From positions 2,207 to 66,206 of the IMG/VR virus record IMGVR_UViG_3300046453_000060: a stretch of DNA of 64,000 nucleotides; one strand, given 5' to 3'. The position numbers and the translations under genes were made by a program. Shown in pieces: positions 54,238-63,164 of this stretch. The notes under the pieces were generated by a model that was given only the letters and a program-made list of their open reading frames with translations, made no database searches and had not been told where the DNA came from. Position 1 is the first letter of the stretch. Every line of letters begins with the position of its first letter. This DNA comes from a virus (taxonomy: Duplodnaviria > Caudoviricetes).

Positions 54238-55605
54238 ATGGCAAACGACTTCGACACCACCAACCCGGCACGCCGCCTCGAAGACCACCGTCCGGCCGCA
54301 CAACTCGATTGGGGTAAGCCGGATGCGCCGGCGGTGCCGAAGTCGACCACTGCCGGTGCCGCGCGCCAGGGCGGCAATACGGGCCTCGAAGGGCTGGCGC
54401 GGTACACCGAAGTTGCCGAATACACCGGCGATGAACTCGTGATCCCCGATCCTCGCGGCGAGTACGTCAAATTCAAGGACGTCGAGCGCCTTTTTGCATC
54501 CATCCCGCCACTCACCGCGCCAGTACCGCTAACCAAGGCCCTTGCCGACGATGATCGTTACCAGCATGTGCGCGATCTGCTGCTGGACTCGGTGACGGTT
54601 GCGAACAAGGATCGGTTGCATCAGGCCCTCGATCTGCTGAGCGATCTTGCTGCGGCATCTGAGGCTGCGCCAGCACCGCAGCAGAGCGAAAAGCACCTGC
54701 CGGGCTGGGAGCGCGGCATTGCCACCGTGACGCTGAGCGGCCACCAGTTGCGCATGGCGCTCGACCTGATCAACCCAGACGGCCCGAGCGACGATATCCA
54801 GATGGGTGATGAACTGACCTTTGGAATCGTGCAGCACAAAGACGACGAAGGCAAGGCCACGACCGGCATGTGCTGCTGGAATGGTGATACGGACGGCGTT
54901 CTGCCGCTCGATGGCGAGTATGAAGCCGAGGCTGAACCAGCACCGCAGCAAAGCGATCTGAGCGACGATCAGATCATGGACATCGCCGAGCCGTTCCACG
55001 ACATCAACGGCGTCAAGTTCGACGAGGTGGCATTCGCTCGCGCTTTGCTGGGCCGCGCCAAGGCTACGCCAGCCGCCCCGGTGCAGACCGCGTGGCTGCC
55101 GATGCCGAGCGCACCGAAGGACGGCACGATGGTGCGCCTGCTGGTCGAGTTCACCGAAAACGCGACCGAAGACAGCGCCGAGCCCTGCCCAACCATCGGC
55201 GCGAACAACTTCGACAACGACGAGCAGGACGAATGGAAGTTCGCCGGCTGGAACTGGTCGCACGACTGTTTCACCGAAGGCGTCGGCACGCCTGTCGGCT
55301 GGTTGCCGCTGATCGACAACGCATCGTCTGTGGCCGCTCCTGTGCATGCAGCACTGGAACAGGCGCAGTGGATTAGCGTCGATGAGCGCCAGCCAGAAAA
55401 CGATACCGAAGTCGTTGTTCGCTACTGGCCCTACAACAACCATCAAAACAGGCAGGCTATCGGCTATGCGCGCTACTACGACGGCTGCTTTTACGACGAG
55501 GACATGAACCCGCACCATCCGCCGAGCCACTGGATGCTGATGCCAGAAATCACGCGCACCCCTAGCACTCCAGAAGCAAGCGAGCAGCAGGGAGGCCAGC
55601 AATGA
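54238..55605 (+). CDS. Mosaic Ea/Eaa-like protein with C-terminal DUF551-like module
   Basis: WLPMPSAPKDGT...PVGWLPL and WISVDERQPE...PSHWMLMPE modules joined by Ala/Pro linkers. Confidence 0.8.
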   Translation: MANDFDTTNPARRLEDHRPAAQLDWGKPDAPAVPKSTTAGAARQGGNTGLEGLARYTEVAEYTGDELVIPDPRGEYVKFKDVERLFASIPPLTAPVPLTKALADDDRYQHVRDLLLDSVTVANKDRLHQALDLLSDLAAASEAAPAPQQSEKHLPGWERGIATVTLSGHQLRMALDLINPDGPSDDIQMGDELTFGIVQHKDDEGKATTGMCCWNGDTDGVLPLDGEYEAEAEPAPQQSDLSDDQIMDIAEPFHDINGVKFDEVAFARALLGRAKATPAAPVQTAWLPMPSAPKDGTMVRLLVEFTENATEDSAEPCPTIGANNFDNDEQDEWKFAGWNWSHDCFTEGVGTPVGWLPLIDNASSVAAPVHAALEQAQWISVDERQPENDTEVVVRYWPYNNHQNRQAIGYARYYDGCFYDEDMNPHHPPSHWMLMPEITRTPSTPEASEQQGGQQ

Positions 55606-55787
55606 GCGCAAAGACCTACCGCGACGTTTCCAAGTGCCCGAAGAAACACCGCATCGTCACCTTCCGCCGGTTGAGCACCGCTGGTCGCGTCGTGCGCACC
55701 TACTGCATGACTTGCGGCCGAGCGTACCAGATCAAGGCCGGCTCGCTGCCTGCCGAGGGCGCTGGCGATCATGCCTCTGGCGGGTAG
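55602..55787 (+). CDS. Small zinc-binding-like protein
   Basis: CPKKH...CMTCG; RBS ggagg. Confidence 0.55.
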   Translation: MSAKTYRDVSKCPKKHRIVTFRRLSTAGRVVRTYCMTCGRAYQIKAGSLPAEGAGDHASGG

Positions 55788-55796
55788 GGCAAATCG

Positions 55797-56027
55797 GTGA
55801 CGGTTCTCGCGTCGTGCGAATACTGCGGCAACCAGCCCGAGCGGATGAAAGGCAAAGGCTGGGCTTGCGAGTGGTTTCAAGTTCGCTGCCGCAATCCTCG
55901 TTGCGTAGAGCACGGCACCACTCGCCACATCACACAAGGCAAGGCTGATCGCCTCTGGAATATGAGGCAGGCCCAGCACCGGAACATCATCAGAAATGCG
56001 GCTCAAGCCGCATCAAGAAAGGACTGA
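55797..56027 (+). CDS. Small zinc-ribbon protein (Lar-like)
   Basis: CEYCG...VRCRNPRC...A..LWN. Confidence 0.55.
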   Translation: MTVLASCEYCGNQPERMKGKGWACEWFQVRCRNPRCVEHGTTRHITQGKADRLWNMRQAQHRNIIRNAAQAASRKD

Positions 56028-56030
56028 ACC

Positions 56031-58637
56031 ATGACCCACACCACCACGCCCGGCGCTACGACCGGCACAGATGCAGATATCGACGCATTCGCAGCGATCA
56101 GAAACCGCCTGGAACTCGCGTACCGGCTTTGCTGCAGCACGGCTCCAAAGCAGGCGGTCGGCGAACTGCTCGATGTTGCGCTCAAAATGCCCGAATGGGA
56201 AACGGTCAAGGCCGCACTCGCTCGCCGAGCTGCACCGGCTACGTCGGGTAGCACGAGCGGTGAGACTTTGCCCTGCCCGTTCTGCGGCGGTGCATGCGAT
56301 CCCGAAGGCTGGCTTGGCACTGGGATCGGCGGCGCGTCAGTTCGCGGCCCTGAGTGCGAACAATGTGGTGCAACCACTGACACCATCGAGGACTGGAACC
56401 GCCGCGCCACCACTACCGCAGCCAATGCTGTAGGAGCGGTAGACGGCCTGCCGCCGCTTCCCGCTTTCCATAACGGCCTCTACGCCAAATGGGAATTGGA
56501 GACGATGCTGAAGGACTACGCCCGCGCCGCTCTCGCCCAGCAAGCCGCATCCCAGGCGCCGATTACGCCCGAGGATCGCGAAGCCTACCGAATGGGCTTG
56601 GAGGCTGGCCGCGCTCTCGCCAGAGAAGCATCCCAGTCGGATACCACGGCAAGCGCGAGCGGCTGGAAATTTGTGCCGCTGATCGACACGAACGCCATGA
56701 TGACGGCAGCTTATGCTGCTTGCGATGCGGCGGGCGACCGCGTTTCATCTGCCGCTATCAGCCGAATTTACCAAGCAGCGGTTGCTGCCGCTCCGACCCA
56801 GCCGGTACAGGCTGGAGAAGCGGTAGACCGCCCGCTGGACCTGTTCGATGAGATCGAATGCGATCTGTCTTATCTTTTCGGCCGCGCGTCGAACGAAGGT
56901 CATGCAGCAGGTCAGGAACTGGCCCAGCAGGTCAAAGCCAAGATGCAGCGTGCCCGCGCCAGTCTTGCCCCGGTATCCGCCCAGCCCAATCCCATCGAAT
57001 ACGACAGGATTGTGAAGGCCGATGAGAAGGCGATGCGGGCCGCCGACGCGCTCGACGGCATGGGCTTTACCTACGATGCGGAAATTGGTTGGCTGGCCCC
57101 GGTATCTACTCAGCAGGGCGCAGCCGAGCTACACCATGCTGTTGAATGTGATTCCGCCCTGCGCGCGGCACCGGCAGGCCAACACAGTGCCAACCCTATA
57201 GTGATGGCCGAGTTGCGGCGCTGGGCAGGCGACGACCCTGGCTACGCTGCGATGCTGGTTCGCCGTGCAATCACAGAAATCGAGGAGCTTGAAACAGAGT
57301 TAGCTACCCGGTGCCGCGCGGAGGGCGGCGTTACGAACGACAACGAAAGCTCGGATCTCGCAGCCAAAGCACCGGCAGCGCAGGCTGATCCGATGGGCGA
57401 CAGGTGGCACAGCCTCGTCTGTGATGGCACTTGCTCCCCGCCTTGCGAAAACGCGCCTGCCGCTGCATCGGCAGCGCAGGCTGTAGATGCAGCCGAGGCG
57501 CTGGCGGCAATCGCGCGCTTCGCCAAGGCCGATCACCCGAACAGCAGTGCGACGTTCAAAGAGCGCAAGGAGGCGCGCGAGCAAATCGACGCCATCGCGG
57601 CGCGCATCGGTGCAATCGATGGCCCTGCCCCTGCACCCGAGGCGATGACATCCGGCACCCTACAAACGCAACTGGTGTCTGCATTGAAGCGATTGGAGCA
57701 AGCCAACGACGAACTGTGCAAACTTCGCACCAGTGAGCAATACCTGTCGATGATCGATGGCGGACAGCAGGATGCGCTTTATGAGTTGGATAACGCGCGG
57801 GAGGCAGCACGCCAAGCCGTAGCTGCTGCCGAGGCGATGACATCCGATCAGCAGGCGGCGCATCCTGATGACCTGGCAGTGGATCGCTTCGCTGCCGCGA
57901 TGAAGTCCAAGCTGGCGCAGAAGCGCGGCGAGGGCCGGGGCGGCTGGGAGACTGCCGAATGCGCGGACGAGTTCTTGGCCGAACTCCTGATGGGTCACAC
58001 GAAAAAGGGCGACCCAGTGGACGTGGCAAACTTCGCCATGATGCTGCACCAGCGCAATCTCGATGACATGGACATTGCGGTTCTGGTCCTGCGCTCTGCG
58101 GCGCTGGAATTCGCAAAGCGTACCGCGCCGATGTTTATGCGCGAGGCGGCGCATGCACAGCAACCAGCAGCGCAGGCTGTATGCGCCCCGAGATGGCTGA
58201 AAGACACGTGCAATCAGGGCTATCAAGTCGAGCGCTGCGCGACGTGCGGCACCTATAAAGGCAATCCGTGCCGCCTCTCCACGCCCCCTGCAGCAGCGCC
58301 GAGCGTATCGGCTACCTGGCAATGGGTGCCTAAAATCCCGACGCAAGCGATGATCGACAACATCGCAGCATTCGTGGACGGCCGTGAGAACGACGCCGAA
58401 GTTATCTACCGCGCCATGATCGCTGCCGCTCCTACCGCTGGAGCAGCGGCGACCAGCGATGACGCGGCGCTGCTCGATTTCCTCGATACCAACGTCCACA
58501 AGTTCCGCATGGGCTGGCAGGTAGGCGCGGCACCAGTCGGCAACCTGTCGGTGCGCGCGATCATCATGGGCGGCCAACCCATCCGGGAGGCAATCCGGTC
58601 CGCCATGTCCGCCCATCAGGAGCCCCGCCATGAATAA
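56031..58637 (+). CDS. Large mosaic multi-module protein including a Lar-like zinc finger
   Basis: LPCPFCGG...CEQCGA...WNRR; HPDDLAVDRFAAAMKSKLA..R..GRGGW...KGDPVDVANF; repeated linkers. Confidence 0.8.
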   Translation: MTHTTTPGATTGTDADIDAFAAIRNRLELAYRLCCSTAPKQAVGELLDVALKMPEWETVKAALARRAAPATSGSTSGETLPCPFCGGACDPEGWLGTGIGGASVRGPECEQCGATTDTIEDWNRRATTTAANAVGAVDGLPPLPAFHNGLYAKWELETMLKDYARAALAQQAASQAPITPEDREAYRMGLEAGRALAREASQSDTTASASGWKFVPLIDTNAMMTAAYAACDAAGDRVSSAAISRIYQAAVAAAPTQPVQAGEAVDRPLDLFDEIECDLSYLFGRASNEGHAAGQELAQQVKAKMQRARASLAPVSAQPNPIEYDRIVKADEKAMRAADALDGMGFTYDAEIGWLAPVSTQQGAAELHHAVECDSALRAAPAGQHSANPIVMAELRRWAGDDPGYAAMLVRRAITEIEELETELATRCRAEGGVTNDNESSDLAAKAPAAQADPMGDRWHSLVCDGTCSPPCENAPAAASAAQAVDAAEALAAIARFAKADHPNSSATFKERKEAREQIDAIAARIGAIDGPAPAPEAMTSGTLQTQLVSALKRLEQANDELCKLRTSEQYLSMIDGGQQDALYELDNAREAARQAVAAAEAMTSDQQAAHPDDLAVDRFAAAMKSKLAQKRGEGRGGWETAECADEFLAELLMGHTKKGDPVDVANFAMMLHQRNLDDMDIAVLVLRSAALEFAKRTAPMFMREAAHAQQPAAQAVCAPRWLKDTCNQGYQVERCATCGTYKGNPCRLSTPPAAAPSVSATWQWVPKIPTQAMIDNIAAFVDGRENDAEVIYRAMIAAAPTAGAAATSDDAALLDFLDTNVHKFRMGWQVGAAPVGNLSVRAIIMGGQPIREAIRSAMSAHQEPRHE
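57154..57328. repeat. In-frame cassette 1 bounded by 21-bp inverted repeats
   Basis: ccgccctgcgcgcggcaccgg (57154-74) / ccggtgccgcgcggagggcgg (57308-28), 20/21 complementary. Confidence 0.85.
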
Positions 58638-58902
58638 GCCGATCCTGCCCGCCCTGCTGTTCGGTGCTGCGCTTGCTGCGCTGCTGTTCGTGAACCCGAT
58701 GACGTTTCAATACGATCCCACCCACTTTACGGTGCTCAAGGTGCATGTGTGGGCGATTGGCTTCGCGCTGCTCGGCCTGTGGTTCGCGTTCGTCGTCTGT
58801 GGCTATCCGGCCCAGCGCGGCCAACTGGCGATACTCACCGTCCTGGCGCTGGCGCTGGTCGCTCTCGTGCGCCTGGCTACCTGGAATCCAATCTGGATCT
58901 GA
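58630..58902 (+). CDS. Small membrane protein (three hydrophobic segments)
   Basis: RBS aggag; hydrophobic. Confidence 0.7.
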   Translation: MNKPILPALLFGAALAALLFVNPMTFQYDPTHFTVLKVHVWAIGFALLGLWFAFVVCGYPAQRGQLAILTVLALALVALVRLATWNPIWI

Positions 58903-58904
58903 CC

Positions 58905-59099
58905 ATGAAAATAGAACTGATACTCCTTGCCCTGTTCGCCCTGGCCGTTACCTACACCGTCAACCCGTGGCTGATCTTTTACGCAGTCGATGTCGCGTGG
59001 AACTGGCTGTCCGACCTGAGACACTTTTACTCGCTCGTCCTGCTGCTTGGGATCGTCGTCCTTATCCGGCGCTGGTGGCGCATGACGGAGGGCGCGTGA
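58905..59099 (+). CDS. Small membrane protein
   Basis: Hydrophobic; coupled downstream. Confidence 0.6.
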   Translation: MKIELILLALFALAVTYTVNPWLIFYAVDVAWNWLSDLRHFYSLVLLLGIVVLIRRWWRMTEGA

Positions 59100-59533
59100 T
59101 GCCGATCAAGCCTGAGAACAAAGCGCGCTACCCGGCGAACTGGAAGGAAATCCGTACCGCGATCCTGGCGCGCGCCGAGAACCGTTGTGAAACGTGCCGA
59201 GTGCTTAATGGCGCACGGATTGCGCGCGGCACCGGGCCTTTTGCCGACACCTTCCAGAACGAAGAAGCTGAGGTATTCGATGCCGAAACCGGAGCGTACA
59301 TTGCACAGGTTCGCATGGGAGAGTACCAAGTCAAGAACATGGTGACGATCGTGCTGACCATCGCGCACCTCGACCACCAACCGGAGAATTGCGATCCGGC
59401 CAACCTGCGCGCGCTGTGCCAGATGCACCACCTGCGGCACGACGCTGCGCACCACGCGGAAACCGCCCGCAACACCCGCCGCGAGCGCCTTGCTGTGGCA
59501 GACCTTTTTGAATCGGATCAGACAAATGGATAA
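59099..59533 (+). CDS. HNH-like phage protein
   Basis: MPIKPENKARYP.NW, RCETC, VLTIAHLDH.PENC...NLRALCQ.HH. Confidence 0.85.
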   Translation: MPIKPENKARYPANWKEIRTAILARAENRCETCRVLNGARIARGTGPFADTFQNEEAEVFDAETGAYIAQVRMGEYQVKNMVTIVLTIAHLDHQPENCDPANLRALCQMHHLRHDAAHHAETARNTRRERLAVADLFESDQTNG

Positions 59534-60440
59534 CCGCATCAACATCAAAGCCGAGCAGCGCGCAATCATCGAACGCGCGATCAATTTTCTCGACAGCGGC
59601 ATGCACACCATCATCGCCCGCGACACGATGGCGAACGAATTGCGAAAGCTGCTCGCCACTGCACCCGCAACAGGAGAGACGGAAGACCTGCCGCCGCTGC
59701 AAACGGGAGGCATTGACGCAAACAAATTAGAGGCGATGGCGAAGGAAAGGCCCGACGAGTGCTTCCTCAAGGGTGGCGGCGTGCTGAAGCTGATCGGTGC
59801 GATTCGGCAGTTGGAAGCTGAAGCCCACTACCTGCGCAAGCAAGCCGGCCAGGTTGGCGCAGAAGTTGATTCGGATCGTAACGCCGCCCTGCGCGCGGCA
59901 CCGGCTGGTCAACATGAAGCGAGCCGTGCTGTGCTCGATGCACTGCGCTGCGGGATTCCGCTGCAAGAGCCAGTCTATATCGCCAAGGCGCTGCTTGCTG
60001 GACGAGAGGCGCGGTTATGCCTGTCCGGTGGCACGGGTCCAGTCTCGTGCGTCATGCTTTGCAATATCCAGATCAGAACATGGGCCGACACGCCGGAAAC
60101 GGCGAAATCGTTCGCCGAGGGCTACAACATGGGCGTCTCGCACTATCGCGATGCACTGATTGGGCTGGCCGAGAAAGTCGAGCGTGACGCGGCTTCCCGG
60201 TCCCGCGCGGAGGGCGGGCATGGTGACAAAGATAGCTCGGACGCCGCCCTGCAAGAGATGATCGACATAGGGCAGGCGACCCATGCGTTCACAAAGCCGC
60301 CCGGCTGGGTCAACCTGCTGAACCCCGGTCAAAACTGGGAAGACTGGACGCGCGAGCAAGGGCCGCCGACAACGAAAGGTTGGAAAATTGCCGGTCAGGA
60401 AGGCGAGCAGCCGACGATCAAGGAGAAGAACAATGGATGA
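59526..60440 (+). CDS. Mosaic hypothetical protein
   Basis: Coupled ORF; carries the second inverted-repeat cassette. Confidence 0.7.
   Translation: MDNRINIKAEQRAIIERAINFLDSGMHTIIARDTMANELRKLLATAPATGETEDLPPLQTGGIDANKLEAMAKERPDECFLKGGGVLKLIGAIRQLEAEAHYLRKQAGQVGAEVDSDRNAALRAAPAGQHEASRAVLDALRCGIPLQEPVYIAKALLAGREARLCLSGGTGPVSCVMLCNIQIRTWADTPETAKSFAEGYNMGVSHYRDALIGLAEKVERDAASRSRAEGGHGDKDSSDAALQEMIDIGQATHAFTKPPGWVNLLNPGQNWEDWTREQGPPTTKGWKIAGQEGEQPTIKEKNNG
59884..60217. repeat. In-frame cassette 2 bounded by the same 21-bp inverted repeats
   Basis: ccgccctgcgcgcggcaccgg (59884-904) / ccggtcccgcgcggagggcgg (60197-217), 19/21 complementary. Confidence 0.85.
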
Positions 60441-61263
60441 GATGAAGAAGATCGGCGCACAGATGGCGAACGTGATGTTCAACCTCGCACAGTTGCCGGG
60501 CGAGCGCATCACCTACCAGCAAGCGGAAACCTTTGACAAGCTGCGCAAGGAATGGGACGCAGCAGTCCGCGCCCCTTCCTCCGCCCCTACTGCTGGGCGG
60601 AAGAGCATTGATAGTCCGGAGTTCCGCAAGCTGATCGCGCATGCGCAAGGCTTCGACGATGGCGAGCCGATCTTCGGCGAATCGGAACTCGCCCTCATCG
60701 CCCACATCGACACCTGGGCCGGTCGCAGTGCTGAAAACATGGTGGTGGAAAAACAGCCCGAAATCGGTGCAAAAACGGCTGAAACCCGCATGGATAGTGG
60801 CTTTGCTGGTGGTGGCCGAGTCGCTCACAGCGCGGCCCCGGCGACCGATGCTGATGCGGCGGATCTTGCGGCCGCACTGAACGCCGCAGTTGATGCCGAA
60901 TTCCCGATTCCGGACACGCCTCACACCTCTGTCCTGATGCGCAACACCGAGCAGCGCGCAGCCATGTGGCGCGGCATCAATGCGGCCCGGAAGATCCTGG
61001 GCGCTCGCAGTGCTGGCGATGCAGTGCCGGCAGAGATGAGCATTGCAAAGATCCGCGAGTCCATCTTCGACTACTACCGGGCCTTAAATCGCCGCGATCA
61101 TGGCGCCGTCGCCATGGACCGTGCATTCCGAGCCATCGAGTGCGAGCTAGGAATGGGATGGTACTTGTGGAATCGCGCTGAGGAAGCCGCCAAAGCGGAG
61201 CCTGACACCACTCCTACTCCTGACGATGCCGCGCCAACCAAGGGAAATTCTAAAAATGGATGA
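60433..61263 (+). CDS. Mosaic hypothetical protein
   Basis: RBS aaggag; GAQMANVMFNLAQ; repeated RSA linker. Confidence 0.7.
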   Translation: MDEMKKIGAQMANVMFNLAQLPGERITYQQAETFDKLRKEWDAAVRAPSSAPTAGRKSIDSPEFRKLIAHAQGFDDGEPIFGESELALIAHIDTWAGRSAENMVVEKQPEIGAKTAETRMDSGFAGGGRVAHSAAPATDADAADLAAALNAAVDAEFPIPDTPHTSVLMRNTEQRAAMWRGINAARKILGARSAGDAVPAEMSIAKIRESIFDYYRALNRRDHGAVAMDRAFRAIECELGMGWYLWNRAEEAAKAEPDTTPTPDDAAPTKGNSKNG

Positions 61264-61564
61264 TTTCGACACCATTCCGGTACGCCTCCCATCGGGCACT
61301 AAGGCCGTCGTGCGGTTGCCGCGACCGTTCACACTGGAAGACGGGGTCCACCTGATGGACTTCCTGTCGCTTTATATCGAGGGGAAGAATCTGCCGGCAG
61401 CTGGCAACGCCGAAACCGCGCAGCCAGCGAAAGCCTACATTGCCGAGCGCACCGCCGAGTTAATCCGGGCCGGCTGCAGCACTGTGGCGCAGATGTCGGC
61501 TGTGCCTACTGAGGCGGAAACGGTGGTGGTGCATGTCGCGCCAGCGCCAGGCAAGAAAGAATAG
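61256..61564 (+). CDS. Hypothetical protein
   Basis: Coupled ORF. Confidence 0.6.
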   Translation: MDDFDTIPVRLPSGTKAVVRLPRPFTLEDGVHLMDFLSLYIEGKNLPAAGNAETAQPAKAYIAERTAELIRAGCSTVAQMSAVPTEAETVVVHVAPAPGKKE

Positions 61565-61576
61565 AAGGGAAATTTG

Positions 61577-61834
61577 ATGAGTGCAATGTTCGAAATGCCC
61601 CTGCCATCTGAAACCCTGAGCGCCGATGAGGTGTCAGAGATATCAGGCTGCACCCGCAAGAGCGATCAGATCGACTGGCTTTCGCAGAATGGCTGGGTGT
61701 TTCTTCGGAACCGCGCCGGCGCACCAGTGATCGGCCGACTGTACGCTAGACTGAAGCTGGCCGGGATTAATCCGGCCTTGCTGGCGGCACCCGAGGCAAC
61801 TGGGTGGCAACCAGACTTCTCGAAGGTTCGATAA
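61577..61834 (+). CDS. Excisionase-like protein (DUF4224)
   Basis: LSADEVSEISG..RKSDQIDWL..NGW.F..N..G.PVIGR...PDFS; immediately before the integrase. Confidence 0.85.
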   Translation: MSAMFEMPLPSETLSADEVSEISGCTRKSDQIDWLSQNGWVFLRNRAGAPVIGRLYARLKLAGINPALLAAPEATGWQPDFSKVR

Positions 61835-61844
61835 CGGGTAAAAG

Positions 61845-62903
61845 ATGCGACCGAAAACGAGCGGCAAGAAACTGCCGCCGCGCATGCTGGCGCGGAGACG
61901 ACGACTCAAGTCCGGGGAAATCTGGATTGGCTACTACTACAATGGCCGCGGCGACGATGGCGAGCGCAAGGAGATTCCGCTTGGGACGGACCTGATTGCC
62001 GCCATACAGAAGTGGGCCGAACTCGAGTGCAAAGAGGTGCCGCCGGATGCATCGCTCATGAGGTACGCCTTCGACCAGTACGAGCGCGACATCCTGCCGA
62101 AGAAGAAGCCGTCGACGCAGCGCGAAAATCGCCTCTGCCTGTCGCAGCTGCGCCCGATTTTCGACAGCGCGCCGATCGAGGCGATCCGGCCCCAGGATAT
62201 TGCTCGATACCGTGACGCCAGATCGGCGCCGGTCCGGGCCAACCGCGAAATCGCCCTACTCTCCCACGTCTTCAATATGGCTCGCGAATGGGGATTCACG
62301 AAGCGAGACAACCCGTGCCGCGGCGTCCGGAAGAACAAGGAAAGGCCGCGCGACTACTACGCTGAGGACGATGTCTGGAACGCGGTACGCGAAGCTGGCA
62401 CGGATGCGCTCCGCGATGCGATGGACCTGGCGTACCTGTCGGGCCAGCGGCCAGCTGACGTCCTGAAGATGAACAAGGTAGACATCCGAAACGATGAGCT
62501 GCACGTCCGCCAAAACAAGACGCAGCACGGCCTGCGAATCCGTCTGCACGTCGATGGCCAGCCAACCGAGCTAGGCATGTGCATCGACAGGCTGCAGGCC
62601 CACCCGGTCAAGGCGATGAGTGGAGCGCTTATTTGCACCGAGCAGGGGCAGCCGCTGACGGCGAAGATGCTCAGGGATCGGTTTGAGGCTGCACGATCTG
62701 CCGCTGCTGATAAGGCGACGAAGGCGCGCCAGGAGGATCTGGCGAGGCGCATAAAGGCCTTCCAGTTCCGCGACATTCGACCGAAAGCGGCGAGCGAAAT
62801 GACCAGTCTGCAGGACGCTAGCGACCTGCTTGGGCACACCGACAAGCAGATCACGAAGCGGGTTTATCGACGCGCCGGCGAGGTGGTCAAGCCGACCAAG
62901 TGA
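61845..62903 (+). CDS. Tyrosine recombinase (phage integrase)
   Basis: ANREIALLS, LSGQRPADV (Arg), QNKT (Lys), FRDIRPKAAS, LLGH, VYRR (Tyr). Confidence 0.96.
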   Translation: MRPKTSGKKLPPRMLARRRRLKSGEIWIGYYYNGRGDDGERKEIPLGTDLIAAIQKWAELECKEVPPDASLMRYAFDQYERDILPKKKPSTQRENRLCLSQLRPIFDSAPIEAIRPQDIARYRDARSAPVRANREIALLSHVFNMAREWGFTKRDNPCRGVRKNKERPRDYYAEDDVWNAVREAGTDALRDAMDLAYLSGQRPADVLKMNKVDIRNDELHVRQNKTQHGLRIRLHVDGQPTELGMCIDRLQAHPVKAMSGALICTEQGQPLTAKMLRDRFEAARSAAADKATKARQEDLARRIKAFQFRDIRPKAASEMTSLQDASDLLGHTDKQITKRVYRRAGEVVKPTK

Positions 62904-62908
62904 TGGCA

Positions 62909-62933
62909 AGTTGCGGAAACCGTTTCCGCAACT
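62909..62933. repeat. Perfect 12-bp inverted repeat after int (possible arm-type site or hairpin)
   Basis: agttgcggaaac-c-gtttccgcaact. Confidence 0.6.
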
Positions 62934-62992
62934 GCTCACGGATTAAGCAAATTGCGGCGCTGATTCTGTCGAAATGACCCGCCGCAGAAAAC

Positions 62993-63019
62993 AAAAAAGC
63001 CCTTGACTAACAAGGGCTT
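62993..63019 (-). terminator. Terminator downstream of tRNA-Ser
   Basis: Minus strand aagcccttg-ttagt-caagggctt followed by tttt. Confidence 0.75.
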
Positions 63020-63031
63020 ATCTGCGAAATC

Positions 63032-63121
63032 TGGCGGAAGCGGTGAGATTCGAACTCACGAACGGGTTCCCCCGTCGGCAGTTTTCAAGACTGCTGCCTT
63101 CAACCACTCGGCCACGCTTCC
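63032..63121 (-). tRNA. tRNA-Ser (TGA), probable integration site
   Basis: Acceptor stem GGAAGCG/CGCTTCC-G-CCA, anticodon loop CTTGAAA, long variable arm, GTTCGAATC. Confidence 0.97.
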
Positions 63122-63164
63122 TGGGGAACCGCATTATACATAAATCGTTGCCGTACAGGCAGCG

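Larger units (their letters stand above)
1..63031. mobile_element. Lambdoid (HK97-type head, long non-contractile tail) prophage integrated at tRNA-Ser; left boundary probably outside the window
   Basis: Complete ordered set of lysis, tail, head, terminase, replication, cI/cro, xis and int genes ending next to a tRNA 3' end; no duplicate of the tRNA 3' end seen near the left edge. Confidence 0.95.

Noticed and set aside
51166-58631. Long minus-strand ORFs (412, 270, 360 and 323 aa)
   Set aside because: Antisense to a coherent, RBS-bearing plus-strand operon
59221-59235. 15-bp match (tgcgcgcggcaccgg) to the cassette inverted repeat inside the HNH-like gene
   Set aside because: Different reading frame, no partner arm, very GC-rich; may be chance
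54661-61015. CRISPR-like array from the repeat-unique-repeat pattern
   Set aside because: Repeats differ between pairs, spacing is irregular (96-696 bp), all lie within coding frames, and there are no cas genes
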